From an uncultured delta proteobacterium (GTDB lineage: Bacteria; Desulfobacterota; Binatia; UBA9968): 64,000 nucleotides of DNA. This document shows positions 53,451-64,000 of this stretch, one piece after another (positions within the stretch are counted from its first letter, which is position 1; each line of letters opens with the position of its first letter). The stretch covers positions 64,001-128,000 of the forward strand of contig CAWDPO010000042.1 in NCBI GenBank assembly GCA_963804165.1, given 5' to 3'. Under the pieces are notes generated by a model. It was not told the origin of the DNA and ran no database searches. It saw only the letters and a list, made by a program, of their open reading frames with translations. The translations under genes and the position numbers were made by a program.

Positions 53451-54440
53451 ATGAATTTTACCCAGCTCATGAGCCTGGCCGGCGGCCATGCCGAGGCGCG
53501 GATCGTCCAGACCGCCGTGGAACTCAGCGTCTTCGACTCGCTGGAAAAGGGCCCGCTCACCGCCAAAGAAATCGCCAGCCGCCTCAAACTCGAACCCAAT
53601 GCAACCGAACTGATGCTGAACGCCCTCGCGTCTTTGGCGTTGCTGCACAAGAACGCTGAAATTTTTTTCCTCGCCGACGTCGCAAATAAATTTCTTGTGA
53701 AAAATTCGGCACAGTACGTTGGCGGCATGATTCGTTTTGATTCCGCGCTGTGGAATTGCTGGGAAAAACTGCCGGACGCGATGCGCTCGGGCAAATCGGT
53801 GCGGCCGGCAGACATGTATCAAAGCGATGCCAACGAGACCGAAACTTTTATTAATGCGATGGACTCTCTCGTCAAGGCGCGTGGCGACGCTGAGATCGTG
53901 GCAAGCAGTCTCGACTGGAACGATATAAGCGAGATGCTCGATATCGGCGCTGGACCGGCGACCTACCCGATCGGGCTATGCCGGCGATTTCCTGGGCTCC
54001 GCGCGACGGTCTACGACTTGCCGGCCACGCTCACGATCTCCGAACGCTACGTGCGCGACGCAGGGCTAATGGACAGGATTCGCCTCCTCGCCGGCGACTA
54101 TCGCAGCGATCCTATTCCCGGAACCTACGACGTGATTTTTATGTCGAACATCATTCACGGCGAAGATTACCGCAAGAACAAGTCGCTCGTTGGCAAGCTG
54201 GCGGCGAATCTCAAACCGTCCGGACGGCTCGTGATCAAAGATCACATTCTCGACGACACGCGTGTCGCGCCGCCGGTCGGCGCCATCTTCAGTCTGCTGA
54301 TGCTGCTCACCACCGACGGCGGACGCTGTTACAGTTTCGGCGAAATCCAGCGCTGGATGGAACTGGCGGGCTTGGGGCAGGTGCGCCAGATCGATCTACC
54401 ACCGCCGCTCACCTCGGCGCTCGTCATCGGCACCAAGTAA
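53451..54440 (+). CDS. SAM-dependent O-methyltransferase with dimerisation domain
   Basis: LDIGAGP, DLP, GDY, SNIIH, LKPSG. Confidence 0.88.
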   Translation: MNFTQLMSLAGGHAEARIVQTAVELSVFDSLEKGPLTAKEIASRLKLEPNATELMLNALASLALLHKNAEIFFLADVANKFLVKNSAQYVGGMIRFDSALWNCWEKLPDAMRSGKSVRPADMYQSDANETETFINAMDSLVKARGDAEIVASSLDWNDISEMLDIGAGPATYPIGLCRRFPGLRATVYDLPATLTISERYVRDAGLMDRIRLLAGDYRSDPIPGTYDVIFMSNIIHGEDYRKNKSLVGKLAANLKPSGRLVIKDHILDDTRVAPPVGAIFSLLMLLTTDGGRCYSFGEIQRWMELAGLGQVRQIDLPPPLTSALVIGTK

Positions 54441-54504
54441 TTAGCTCCGCCAAAATTTATGCTACACTGGGAAAGAAATCGCGGCTAAGGAAGGACATCG
54501 CGCC

Positions 54505-54804
54505 ATCGACGAATCAGAACAAAAAGCCAGAGAACAAGCGATCATTGAAAATCTCAAACCCGCTTGCCTATGCAATAAAATCCGCAAAGGCACCGTAGTC
54601 AAAGCCATTCAGGCGGGCGCCAAGACTTTCGAGCAGGTCAGCAAACGCACCGGCGTCGGCACCGGCCCCTGCGGCGGGCGGCGCTGCGGTTCGTTGGTTC
54701 GAGGCATGTTGGGAGAGCCGGTGACGCCTTGCAACGAGTGCGGCTGGCCGGTTTTGTCAGGCTCGGTATGCCCGCGTTGCGATTACGCCAAACAGGAAAG
54801 TTGA
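54505..54804 (+). CDS. BFD-like [2Fe-2S]-binding protein with C-terminal zinc ribbon (absent from ORF track)
   Basis: CLCNKIRKGTVVKAIQAGAKT...GTGPCGGRRC then CNEC...CPRC; only an ATC codon follows the RBS. Confidence 0.8.
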   Translation: MDESEQKAREQAIIENLKPACLCNKIRKGTVVKAIQAGAKTFEQVSKRTGVGTGPCGGRRCGSLVRGMLGEPVTPCNECGWPVLSGSVCPRCDYAKQES

Positions 54805-55086
54805 TGGGTCCGTGACAGGTAAGCCTGATGAATTCGCGGGCTGACGCTCGGTTGATGATCACCGGCTCCTCGCGCGCTTTGCGAGTCAAGCCCAATTCAA
54901 AACAAACTCCGGCGGCACTGGGTGCTGCGGATTAATACGCCGTGACGCTCCGAACCGCGGCATCATCGGTGCCTATGGTGATGGGGCGGTCCCCTTCTCT
55001 TGCGAAATCCAGCGCGCATTTCCTGATTTTCGCGATCGATCGTGTACCCCGTCTCGTTACCCTCGTCCACGTCAGCATGAGGCGAA

Positions 55087-55527
55087 CTAATTCTTCTCGC
55101 TGGCAAGTTTTTTTAAGAATCGTTTGCGCTGATGGGTGCAAGATGTTGCTTTATTCTGAGCCGCCTCTTCCGTCTGGCATCCCATGCACACCGGGCAAAT
55201 CCATTCGCCGCAGGCGCAGCGCCCGCCCGCTTTGCCGGCCAACCCGGGCTTGGTATAGAAAGCTTCCTGACACCGGACACAGCGGATCTGCGTCGCCGCG
55301 TCGAGAATTTCTAAATCCTCGCTGGGCGCGATATGGCGCATCGACTCGCCGTTAACCACCACGCGATATTGAAAAACCTCTTTGGTAGTTGGCGTCTCCA
55401 ATAAAGTCCCACCTTTCGTGAAGCAGGCTTTAATCGCTGTCGTGCCTTCGATCTTGCCCTCGTAACCTTTTGTTTTATGGCGCACCAACGTGCCATCTCG
55501 CAAATTTATATCAACGCTATTCGGCAT
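55087..55527 (-). CDS. Hypothetical protein with Cys-rich C-terminus
   Basis: GTLVRHKTKGYEG...CVRC...CACGEWICPVCMGC. Confidence 0.7.
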   Translation of the reverse strand: MPNSVDINLRDGTLVRHKTKGYEGKIEGTTAIKACFTKGGTLLETPTTKEVFQYRVVVNGESMRHIAPSEDLEILDAATQIRCVRCQEAFYTKPGLAGKAGGRCACGEWICPVCMGCQTEEAAQNKATSCTHQRKRFLKKLASEKN

Positions 55528-55733
55528 ACCGACCTCCATTTCGCAAACAAAAGCCTCCGGCTCAATTAAAGCTCGGAGGCTCCGCAATTACGTCGAATCA
55601 GCTCTAAATGAGATCTCATACTAACATTTCGGTCCTTGCTTAGCGAACTATCCCCACCCTCGATAAACTCCACTTTAAGTTCCATCGCGTTGTCGAATAT
55701 CACCAATCTCAGATCAGCAGCGGGCTGCGACGA

Positions 55734-56024
55734 TCAAGAAGAATAAATTTGCACGTCGCTTTCCTCGATGCGCCGGCCGCGGGTTATCAATTTAACGATG
55801 CTGCACACGTTGCGGCTAACGTCTCCAATGTTCGCTGCGGGAAAACCGTCTTTAATATATCTGCCGATGAATTTTTGCTCCCCCAGATCGATGATTTGAA
55901 GAAAATCATTCGCGTCACTATCCTCGAAGTAGTGCTGGGTCCCCGGGGCTGGACTATCCAGCTCAACTTGCAGGGCCTTTGAAATTTTGATGCCCACAAA
56001 CAATCGCTTCGCCACATCCATCAT
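55734..56024 (-). CDS. Hypothetical protein
   Basis: Intact ORF with GGAG RBS. Confidence 0.65.
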   Translation of the reverse strand: MMDVAKRLFVGIKISKALQVELDSPAPGTQHYFEDSDANDFLQIIDLGEQKFIGRYIKDGFPAANIGDVSRNVCSIVKLITRGRRIEESDVQIYSS

Positions 56025-56192
56025 CAATCACTCTCCTTCGCTCTATTTTCGTTCGCGCCGAAGCGCGGTCATCCGGGCACCCTTTAGCTACGAGAACTGA
56101 CTTGGAAAGCCGACACCTGAGACAGCCGACGGTCCGGCTCACAGCCAGTTGTGATGCCACTCCGAGAAATAAAAAGATACCAAATTATCCGG

Positions 56193-56743
56193 CTATCCCG
56201 CGAAATTTGATATCTTCAGCGCGACGCCAAGCGGCAACGTGTTATCGCCGATGCTCAAAGCCGTGCCGAGTTTTTCCAACTCCCACGAGGACACGGTTTC
56301 CTTGGCAACCGCATCCTTGCCACTGGAGTCCGATTTCTTGTCTCCTTGGGGCAATTTGACCAGATACTTTACGTTGTTGCCGTCACTCAAGGTCAGCGAA
56401 AGAACCAGATCCTTTCCTTCCTGTGAACCCAAAGTCTGCATTGACGCGATGCGAGTCGAAAGCGTGGTCTTACCGACTGTGTCTGCGTACAGCCAAATGA
56501 ACGAGCCGATGGTCGCAATCAGAAGCAGCCAAGCATATTGGCCGAACCTTTTCTGCCGCTTCATCGCGCGATTGCGCTGGCGATCGAAGAACTGGCGGAC
56601 AGTGTCTCGTTCGGCAGCAATCTCTTGACCGGGTCTTGCTCTGGAGAACTTGGCGGTTGATCGAAGGATAGTCCGATACTGTTCAGGATCATGCCCAAGA
56701 TGATTAAAACCAAAGGTATGGCAATTATCAGCAGAGGATGCAT
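56193..56743 (-). CDS. Hypothetical membrane protein (probably one gene split by a frameshift near 56600)
   Basis: Adjacent ORFs 56561-56806 and 56193-56564, each with one TM. Confidence 0.5.
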
Positions 56744-57058
56744 ATTTCTCCCCCCCACGTGCAGGCGTTTGATCGCCTGCGGATTTAGGAAGAGGGAGGG
56801 GAGCAAGACCAGGAAATCGTCCAGCGTAGTGTCTACGCCGCGTTCATGCCGATGCAGAATTTAGGGTCCCGGTCTTCGACCTCTTGCGCGCCAGTAGCGT
56901 CAAGGCATGATCTAGCGAGACTCTATAGGAACACCCTAGAAGTAGCAAATGTAACACTGTTGTCGGATGATCTAGAAAGCTCGAACAGGAGACTGACACG
57001 TCGAGCGATGAAAATCAGCCGCGCGACTGACGCTGCATTGTGCCTCCGTGCTATCTGA

Positions 57059-57763
57059 CTAGAATTTTTCCGACCAGGGCCGCAATTCGATGTGAGAAGC
57101 CCAGCTGCTGCGCTGCTGGCGGTGTAGCTGCATATAGGTTTGCGCGATGGCGTCGGGGTCGAGGTTACCGTCGGATCCACGCGACGTCAGACGTTCCGGC
57201 CGTCGCGTCGGCTCGTAGATGCCACCGTCGATGACGACCTGCGCGACGTGGATGTTCTGCGGTTGCAGCTCGCGCGCCATGCTTTGGACGAGGCCGGTCA
57301 GTCCCATCTTGCCCATGGCAAAGGCCGCGGAATTCGCAAATCCCTTAATACTTGCAGAAGCGCCGGTGAATAGAATCGTTCCATGCCCGGCTTTGATCAT
57401 CCGCTTCGCTGCCGCCTGTCCTACGAGAAATCCGCCGTAACAGGTCACCAGGATCGTGTTGCGCACCGCGTCAGCATCCAACTCGGTAATCGGACCGCGC
57501 ACACGACCGCTCGCATTGTAGACAACCACATCGGGTTCGCCGCTGTCTTTGCTCAGCGAATCGAATAGCTTATCGACGTCCTTCGGAATGCTCGCGTCGC
57601 ATGAGTAAGCCCGGCCATCGATTTCTTTGACCAAGCTCTCCAGCTTCTTGGTATCCCGCGCGGCCAACGCCACCCGCATGCCTTCTTTGGTAAAAAGCCG
57701 TGCCAACGATGCGCTCAGCCCCGGCCCGCTGCCGACAATCAACGCGATTTCTTGTTCAGCCAT
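57059..57763 (-). CDS. Short-chain dehydrogenase/reductase
   Basis: IVGSGPGLS, YNAS, FTGASAS, SMAREL...IHVAQVVIDG, ELRPWSEKF. Confidence 0.9.
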   Translation of the reverse strand: MAEQEIALIVGSGPGLSASLARLFTKEGMRVALAARDTKKLESLVKEIDGRAYSCDASIPKDVDKLFDSLSKDSGEPDVVVYNASGRVRGPITELDADAVRNTILVTCYGGFLVGQAAAKRMIKAGHGTILFTGASASIKGFANSAAFAMGKMGLTGLVQSMARELQPQNIHVAQVVIDGGIYEPTRRPERLTSRGSDGNLDPDAIAQTYMQLHRQQRSSWASHIELRPWSEKF

Positions 57764-58033
57764 GGGATCCTCCAATGGGCGGATATCAAGACGGCTTACA
57801 GGTGTCAATCAGCCCAAGACGAATTACCATAAACGCGCCGTCAACGAGTTGCGCTGCCATCCTCTCTTCCGGCGCGGAAAACCATCGAGACAGCTAATGA
57901 ACCTCTAATTTTTCAAAGAGCTCCGGATACATTACGCGGACTTTGCTTACCCACTGCTCAAAAACATCAGATCCCGGACCGATTCCGGAACGGCTTGAAG
58001 CTATTGACCGGTTGGAACGATTAGAACAAATTT

Positions 58034-58705
58034 TCACACCGGCCATTTCTCCATTCGGTACGCTTGCTCCCAGAACATAAACTCATAACGGCTGCTCAAG
58101 ATGAAATTGGCATTCATTCGATTTCTCTCTGCACGGCTCGCCGCCGCCCCGAGTTTATCCATTAGATTAATTTGCTCATGCACGGGTCGCCAAAACGCTT
58201 CGCCGGCGTAGGTCTCGATCCACTCACGATAAATTTTCGGCCTGCGCGGACGATTCTTGTGCAATCGCCGGCCGACTTCGCCATAGATCCAATAACAAGG
58301 AAGAACCGCCGCGACGAGTTCGCCGAGAGTGCCGCTGCGCGCCACCGACTGCAGATGGCCGATATACGCCTCGGTAACCGGCCCCTTGGTCACGCTGTCC
58401 AATTGTTTGCGAGACAAGCCCACGCTCTCGCCGAAACTGGCATGGAAACTACGCTCCACCTCCACCGCACCAAGGGCGTGCCGGCAAAACAGCGCCAAGG
58501 TTTCAAGATTGGGGGACCTGGCCCCGCCTTGACAGAGCACCTGAGCAAAGTCGAGCAAGTAAACGTAGTCCTGCAGGATGAAATAAATAAACCGATCCAT
58601 CGGCAAGGTTCCCGCGTGCAGCTCGCGCAGAAACGGATGACCGTCAATCGCTTGCCATATTCGGCTCGCGCGACGTCTTAATTGCGCGCTGTATTTTTCC
58701 TCCAT
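58034..58705 (-). CDS. tenA: Thiaminase II / TenA
   Basis: HPF, YILQDYVYL-like segment, LPCYWIY, WIETY, SRYEFMFWEQAY. Confidence 0.92.
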   Translation of the reverse strand: MEEKYSAQLRRRASRIWQAIDGHPFLRELHAGTLPMDRFIYFILQDYVYLLDFAQVLCQGGARSPNLETLALFCRHALGAVEVERSFHASFGESVGLSRKQLDSVTKGPVTEAYIGHLQSVARSGTLGELVAAVLPCYWIYGEVGRRLHKNRPRRPKIYREWIETYAGEAFWRPVHEQINLMDKLGAAASRAERNRMNANFILSSRYEFMFWEQAYRMEKWPV

Positions 58706-58824
58706 GGGCTAGGCTTAACGAAAAATCGAGATCAAGAAAAGAGGTAAAGTTTCCGGTGGAATAAACGACCCTCGGCCCAAACCGAGCATTCTGGCGTAGT
58801 CGACCGGAAGTCTACTCCAGTTTC

Positions 58825-58936
58825 CGTCATTCCGACGGAGGCCGGAATCCAAGCAGGATTTGAGCCTGGACTGAAAACGAACCTGGATGCCACCGGTTGG
58901 AATTTAACGTGAGCACCGTCGAAGGGCCCGCATGAC
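58825..58936. repeat. REP-like palindromic intergenic element
   Basis: CGTCATTCCGACGGAGGCCGGAATCCA ... TGGATGCC ... GCATGACG. Confidence 0.6.
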
Positions 58937-59024
58937 GAACTTTCAATTTACCTACTGGCGAGGGTTAGCGGCATTATTTTGCGATTCGCTCATGTACGAA
59001 ATTTGGAACGTCATTCCGTTCGCT

Positions 59025-59558
59025 CTAATCCAGCTGAAGCGTCGCGGGCTCATTCGCCATGCGCTCGCCTATCCCGACATGACGAAGGCGCTCCCAGAGC
59101 CCCTCGATCTCGGCCAAAACAGCTTCGTCCGACTGTTCAATATCGATCGAGTGCGCGATCGGTACCCAGCAAGCTCGGCCGGTCACCCAGAACACTTCCG
59201 AACGATTGCCTTCGGGATCGAAGTAGTAACAACCGAGCGCGCTCACATGATTCACCACGGCGTCGATGCGTAAACCTGCGGCGATGATCCGACGACGAAA
59301 CGCGCGCAGATCGTCAAGCGTGGCGACGCGCAGCGAGATCTGATTGATCAGTTGCGGTTCGCTGCCGTCTGGGCGTCCGCGGAAAAGCGCGATCTCATGG
59401 TCGGCTCTTTCGGCGTCGGCGCTCAAAAAGACGATCCCCGCCCGCCAGTTCTGCTTGGTAATCCGCATGCCGAGAGTATCGCGATAAAACGCAACCATCC
59501 GCTCCAAGTCACGAACATAGATCCCGACGTGTCCAAGCCCTACAACCGCTGCCATCAT
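59025..59558 (-). CDS. VOC/glyoxalase family protein
   Basis: LGHVGIYVRDLERMVAFY, HEIAL, YYFDPEGN. Confidence 0.9.
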   Translation of the reverse strand: MMAAVVGLGHVGIYVRDLERMVAFYRDTLGMRITKQNWRAGIVFLSADAERADHEIALFRGRPDGSEPQLINQISLRVATLDDLRAFRRRIIAAGLRIDAVVNHVSALGCYYFDPEGNRSEVFWVTGRACWVPIAHSIDIEQSDEAVLAEIEGLWERLRHVGIGERMANEPATLQLD

Positions 59559-59700
59559 GGCCTCCAAATGTTTTTGCGCCGATATTCAAACCCGCCTAGC
59601 ACCTAGAGTTGTCACCTGGTGACGATGCCAAGCTGTCCGCCCTTTCACACCTGTCCCCGGTGTCCTTCGCGCCGTTGCGCGATCTAAAAAACACCGCCGG

Positions 59701-60540
59701 TCATTTCTCTCCCGAGGGCCGTTTCACCGGCTCCAATCCGGGGCGGAACTTTTTCTCGTCGAGAAACTCGCGCATGCCGCGAGCCCGCGTCTGCTCCGGG
59801 TCCGCGGCGCGCAGCGCCATACTTTTCGCGCCCAGGTACTCGTAAGCTTGATCCATGTCCATGCCGCGCACGGCGCGGATCGCTTGTTTGGTGTAGGCCA
59901 GAACCATCGGGCTCTTCGCGATCAGTTCGCGAGCGACGGTTACGGTTTCTTCGCGTAGCTTTTCCGCCGGCACGGACAGCGTGGCGATCCCCATTTCCAC
60001 GGCCTTACGGCCGTCGATCGTTCGCCCGGTCATGGCGTAGAATAAGGCGTTGCGAAACGACACCATGTCGCCGAAGACTTTGCTCACGTTGCCGCCGGGA
60101 ATGATGCCCCAGTTGACCTCCGACAATCCAAAAGTAGCGTTGTCCGCGGCGATCACGATGTCGCAGGCCGCCAGAGAAATGAACGCGCCGCCGTAGCAGT
60201 AACCGTTCACCATGGCGATGGTCGGCTTGCGTGACCAGGTGAGCAGCTCGGCCCAGCGGCGGTGCGCCGTCATGCCCCGGAACCGCGCCACGGGATCCTT
60301 GTCGGTCTCGCGAAAGTATTGCCGCAAATCCATTCCCGCGCTCCAGCTGTTGCCCGCGCCGGTGATCACGATGACTTTTGTGTCGTCGTCGGTTTCCAGG
60401 TCGTATGTGATTTGCTCCATTTCGGTTAGCAGTGTCGGATTAAACGCGTTGCGTTTTTCCGGGCGGTTGAAAGTGATCCAGGTGATCCCTTCGTCATCGG
60501 TCTCGACCAGTACGCAAGTGTATTCTTTCTTCGTAGTCAT
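59701..60540 (-). CDS. p-Hydroxycinnamoyl/feruloyl-CoA hydratase-lyase (crotonase family)
   Basis: NRPEKRNA, WSAGMDLRQYFRE, GLSEVNWGIIPGG, KKFRPGL. Confidence 0.85.
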   Translation of the reverse strand: MTTKKEYTCVLVETDDEGITWITFNRPEKRNAFNPTLLTEMEQITYDLETDDDTKVIVITGAGNSWSAGMDLRQYFRETDKDPVARFRGMTAHRRWAELLTWSRKPTIAMVNGYCYGGAFISLAACDIVIAADNATFGLSEVNWGIIPGGNVSKVFGDMVSFRNALFYAMTGRTIDGRKAVEMGIATLSVPAEKLREETVTVARELIAKSPMVLAYTKQAIRAVRGMDMDQAYEYLGAKSMALRAADPEQTRARGMREFLDEKKFRPGLEPVKRPSGEK

Positions 60541-61083
60541 TGGGGGACACTCCTTTGAAAAAATAATGAATTGTCACTCTCTAATGCGTGATCGGAGATC
60601 TTAATACCTATTCCATCCGGCGCGGCGATCACGTGAGTTCTTGTCATGACGGCGAAGCTAGTCGATCTCCTTTCTTCCAGTCAAGCGGAAATTGGTATTA
60701 TGATGGAGAGATTTTGTCACACTGGATGAAATTGCACCGATTAATAACAGATACACTGATAAATTTTCACAGGAATATGAGTCGTAAGCACGCGTACGAG
60801 TGCAACCACATCGGAACCGCGCAAGAACGCCCGCATGGACGTAGCGCGCTTCACTTCGTTCTGAAATGGCGGCGCCCGCCGACGAGCCATAGGATTGGAC
60901 ATTTCTTTGAGCTAGATGTAAGAAAACTTTAAAAATACCTGAATTGGCACCCGACGGTCCGATTCTCCGCGAGGGCCCACAGCGGCCAGTGAATCACACC
61001 GACGCGCCGCAAGACAGCGCGCGAATGACGCGGCAACGCGACACACTAACTTTCGGGCAATCAGTACGTCGGGCGGTGTCGCG

Positions 61084-62121
61084 TTGGTGTTAACGAAGGA
61101 TAGAGAGAAGGTACTCCGCTTGGCAAAGACGCTCCTATTCGTTTTGTTTCTTCACCTGAGTTTCCCGTTCGCGTCGGCGGCGCAGGATGGCCACAGCCAA
61201 AAGTTGATTGAGGGCGCGAAAAAAGAGAACACCCTGGTCTGGTACACGTCGGCGAGCATCGAGGATGTCAAAGCGATTTTTACCGCGTTCAATAAGAAGT
61301 ACCCTTTCATCAAGACGGATTTTTATCGCGCCGGCTCGGCAAGCCTGTTCAACCGCATATTGAACGAAGCTCGCGTCGGCAAGGTCTTGTTCGACCTGAT
61401 TGCCATTAGAGGCCTGGAAACACACCAGCTGGTGAAAGCGGGATTCTTGCAGCGCTATGTTTCTCCCGAGAGCACGGTGTATCCGGCCGGCTTCAAAGAC
61501 GCGAAAGGCTATTGGGTTGATTATTTCGACGCCTACAACGTGATCGGCTATAACACCAAGCTCGTGTCCCGCGATCAGGCGCCGAAGAGTTGGGAAGATC
61601 TGCTCGACCCCAAATGGAAGGGCAAGATGGCTCTCGATGAAGAGAACTTCTCCTGGTACGGCGCCATGACGCAGAAATGGGGACGCGAAAAAACCCAGCG
61701 CTACATGCGGGCGCTGGCTAAACAGGATATCCAGCTGCGTAGCGGCCAGACCCTAATCGCGCAGCTGATGGCCGCGGGGGAGTTTTCGGTGGCGATGGTC
61801 CTGGCGCACCGGATCGAGAAAATGAAGGAACAAGGCGCGCCGGTGGAATGGGTCACGACGTTGGATCCGGTCACCGCCTCGCTGCACCCCATCGGGGTCG
61901 CCGCCAAGTCGGCGCATCCGAATGCCGCGAAGTTGTTCATCGATTTTATCCTGTCAAGAGAAGGACAGCAGCTCATGCTCTCTATCGAACGTACGCCCGC
62001 GAGACCGGGCATCGATACAAAAATGGAAGCGCGAAAGCTGAAACTGTACGCCATTCCGCCCGAGCTGGGCGAGCACTACGATCAGTTCCAAAAAGAGTTC
62101 CGCGAGATCTTTGGCCGCTAA
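61084..62121 (+). CDS. ABC transporter substrate-binding protein (AfuA-like)
   Basis: Signal peptide, EGAKKE...WYTS, YNTKLV...PKSWEDLLDPKWKG, HPNAAKLFIDFILS. Confidence 0.9.
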   Translation: MVLTKDREKVLRLAKTLLFVLFLHLSFPFASAAQDGHSQKLIEGAKKENTLVWYTSASIEDVKAIFTAFNKKYPFIKTDFYRAGSASLFNRILNEARVGKVLFDLIAIRGLETHQLVKAGFLQRYVSPESTVYPAGFKDAKGYWVDYFDAYNVIGYNTKLVSRDQAPKSWEDLLDPKWKGKMALDEENFSWYGAMTQKWGREKTQRYMRALAKQDIQLRSGQTLIAQLMAAGEFSVAMVLAHRIEKMKEQGAPVEWVTTLDPVTASLHPIGVAAKSAHPNAAKLFIDFILSREGQQLMLSIERTPARPGIDTKMEARKLKLYAIPPELGEHYDQFQKEFREIFGR

Positions 62122-62548
62122 TAGTTTGCGCCAGATATCCAACATACAAAGAACGAGTAAATGAATTGTCGCGACAAATCGCTGCGCCTGGCGCGGTTCA
62201 CAAGCTTCCGAAACTCAAGCGGGACAGCACGCCAAGATACTAAAAACATCGAGTAGTAGAACAGTCAGGTGAAAAACGCCGGTGCGATAGTCGTTTTCCT
62301 ATCGGCATCGGTTCGCCTTCCAGCCATTGTCTTTATTAATTGATACTGTGGTATTTGCGAATACTTGCGGTGGAGGAACCGCCATGTGATCAGCAACGAC
62401 ACGTAGATAAAAATACCCAATTCTGCGTGTTTTGTAGTATTCGATATTTAGCGACACGAGCCGGACCTAGCGAGACCGAGGCGAATTCATGTATGAATCA
62501 AAGCTTCACAACTTCAAGGCACGGTCGATTTGTGGCGAAAAATCGAGT

Positions 62549-63359
62549 GAAGTTAATAGACGCCAAATTGCCGGCGCAGCCTCTTTTCCGCACGCTGCGA
62601 CTCGGCTTGATCAGCCAGCGGTTGGCCTTAGTCGTCGTGGTCATCGGTATTTGGTGGTTGTCATCGCTTTCGGTACCGCATTACATATTGCCCGGGCCGA
62701 GCCCGCGTCTGGGACGCTTTTCAGCTCATCGTCGCCAACGGCGACCTGTGGAATAATCTCATTATCACACTGTGGCGGGTGGCCGTAGGTTTCGTCGTCG
62801 CGGCGCTGGTCGGCCTGCCGTTTGGCATCGTGCTTGGAGCGAACAAGCGCGCCGGCGAGTTTTTCGAGCCCGTGATTCCGGTGCTAACACGGTCTCTTCG
62901 GCGATCTGGGCGATCTTCGCCATCATCTGGTTCGGTATTTCCAACGCGACCACTATATTCGTCGTTTTCATGACGGCCATGCCTTTGATCATCACCAATG
63001 TCTGGCAGGGCACGCGCACGGTGAACGCCGATTTTATCGAGCTCGCCCAAGTGCTGCGCATGCCGCAATGGAAGGTCATGACAAAAATTTATCTGCCGAC
63101 CATTCTCCCTTACTTTTTCTCGGGTGCCCGGCTTGCGTTCGGCTTCGGCTGGCGCGTGTCGTTGGTCGCCGAAACGATCGGCTCTTCCAGCGGCGTCGGC
63201 TATCGTCTCGGCAAGCAGCGGACTTGATCCGAACCGACCAGGTATTCGCCTGGACTTTGACTTTGGTGATCATGATGGCGGCAATCGAAATGGGGATGAT
63301 GAAGCCGCTGGAAAATTATCTCTTTCGCTGGAAAAAAGGACGCGGAAACACAATGAGCT
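62549..63359 (+). CDS. ABC transporter permease, NitT/TauC family (frameshifted)
   Basis: LPGP, IIWFG, IYLPTILPYFFSGARLAFGFGWRVSLVAE. Confidence 0.85.
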
Positions 63360-63412
63360 GAGAGGCGCGGCCAGAGCAAGAAAACCGGCTATCGAAAAAT
63401 CGCATCCTCTGC

Positions 63413-64000
63413 ATGAATCAGAACGACCCCGAGCAAACTTGTAACGAAGCGGAGCAAACGCCGCCGGCGATCCGGCTGAGCGGCGTCGAAAAACACTTCA
63501 CCAACGGCGACCAGACAATCGAGGTGCTGAAGAACGTCAATCTCACCGTCTCGCCCCAGGCGATCATCGGCTTGATCGGCGCATCCGGCTCGGGCAAGAG
63601 CACGCTGCTGAATATTATTTCCGGCATCTTGAAACCCGACCGCGGCCAGGTTTGTATCTGCGGCGCGGCCAGCGAAGAGTTCAATGACTGGGGCTCCGTG
63701 AGCTACATGTTTCAAGACGATCGTCTGCTGCCTTGGCGCACGGCCATCCGCAACGTCGAGTTCGCTCTGGAAGCCGGTTCCACCGCGAAAAAAGAACGCG
63801 CCCAACGCGCGCTCCAAGCGCTGCAGTTGGTCGAGCTGGAGAGTTTCGAGGAAGCGTTTCCCTATCAGCTTTCCGGCGGCATGCGCAGCCGAGTCGCGCT
63901 CGCGCGCAGCCTGGTGACCGAGCCGCGCATTCTGCTGATGGACGAACCCTTTTCGCGGCTCGATGCGCAAACCCGCGAGCTCATGCATGAAGAGCTGCTG
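63413..64000 (+). CDS. ABC transporter ATP-binding protein (runs off window end)
   Basis: [30 protein letters not shown]. Confidence 0.92.
   Translation, partial: MNQNDPEQTCNEAEQTPPAIRLSGVEKHFTNGDQTIEVLKNVNLTVSPQAIIGLIGASGSGKSTLLNIISGILKPDRGQVCICGAASEEFNDWGSVSYMFQDDRLLPWRTAIRNVEFALEAGSTAKKERAQRALQALQLVELESFEEAFPYQLSGGMRSRVALARSLVTEPRILLMDEPFSRLDAQTRELMHEELL

Noticed and set aside
49129-53822. Long antisense ORFs (537, 343 and 335 aa)
   Set aside because: Shadow frames of well-supported plus-strand genes in GC-rich DNA.
57986-58030. Degenerate 9-bp tandem repeats (GGAACGGCT/TGAAGCTAT type)
   Set aside because: Short intergenic repeats with no unique spacers; no function can be supported.
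60541-61083. Possible riboswitch or sRNA in the divergent intergenic region
   Set aside because: No recognisable riboswitch consensus; consistent with ordinary divergent promoters.

Overview
GC-rich bacterial chromosome segment. The gene content (amidohydrolases, LLM oxidoreductase, ABC binding proteins, heptamer intergenic repeats) suggests a Binatia/deltaproteobacterium-like MAG, but this is inference. Many genes at 1-19 kb, in the island and at about 62.5-63.4 kb are broken by single-base indels, including essential valS, so these are most likely long-read errors. Layout: an IS1634 element (238-2239); catabolic genes; fusA2-coaX-birA-nadC-valS; tRNA-Leu(CAG); quinone genes, nuoB, csp, thrB; tRNA-Met(CAT); a 15.5 kb element integrated in that tRNA (26196-41748); then lplA, aceE-aceF-lpdA and assorted metabolic and ABC genes. 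The integrated element is the most interesting part. It looks like a capsid-less phage satellite: tyrosine integrase with a 4xCxxC zinc-ribbon insertion, Xis, XRE, a primase-DUF3631 replicase with an iteron origin, LigD-type ligase, TerS, and a TerL that appears to carry a second, catalytically dead nuclease domain from another terminase family. It also encodes a podophage-scaffold-like protein and an accessory region with three paralogous MLYD- hydrophobic micropeptides and repeated intergenic motifs. No CRISPR array or rRNA was seen.
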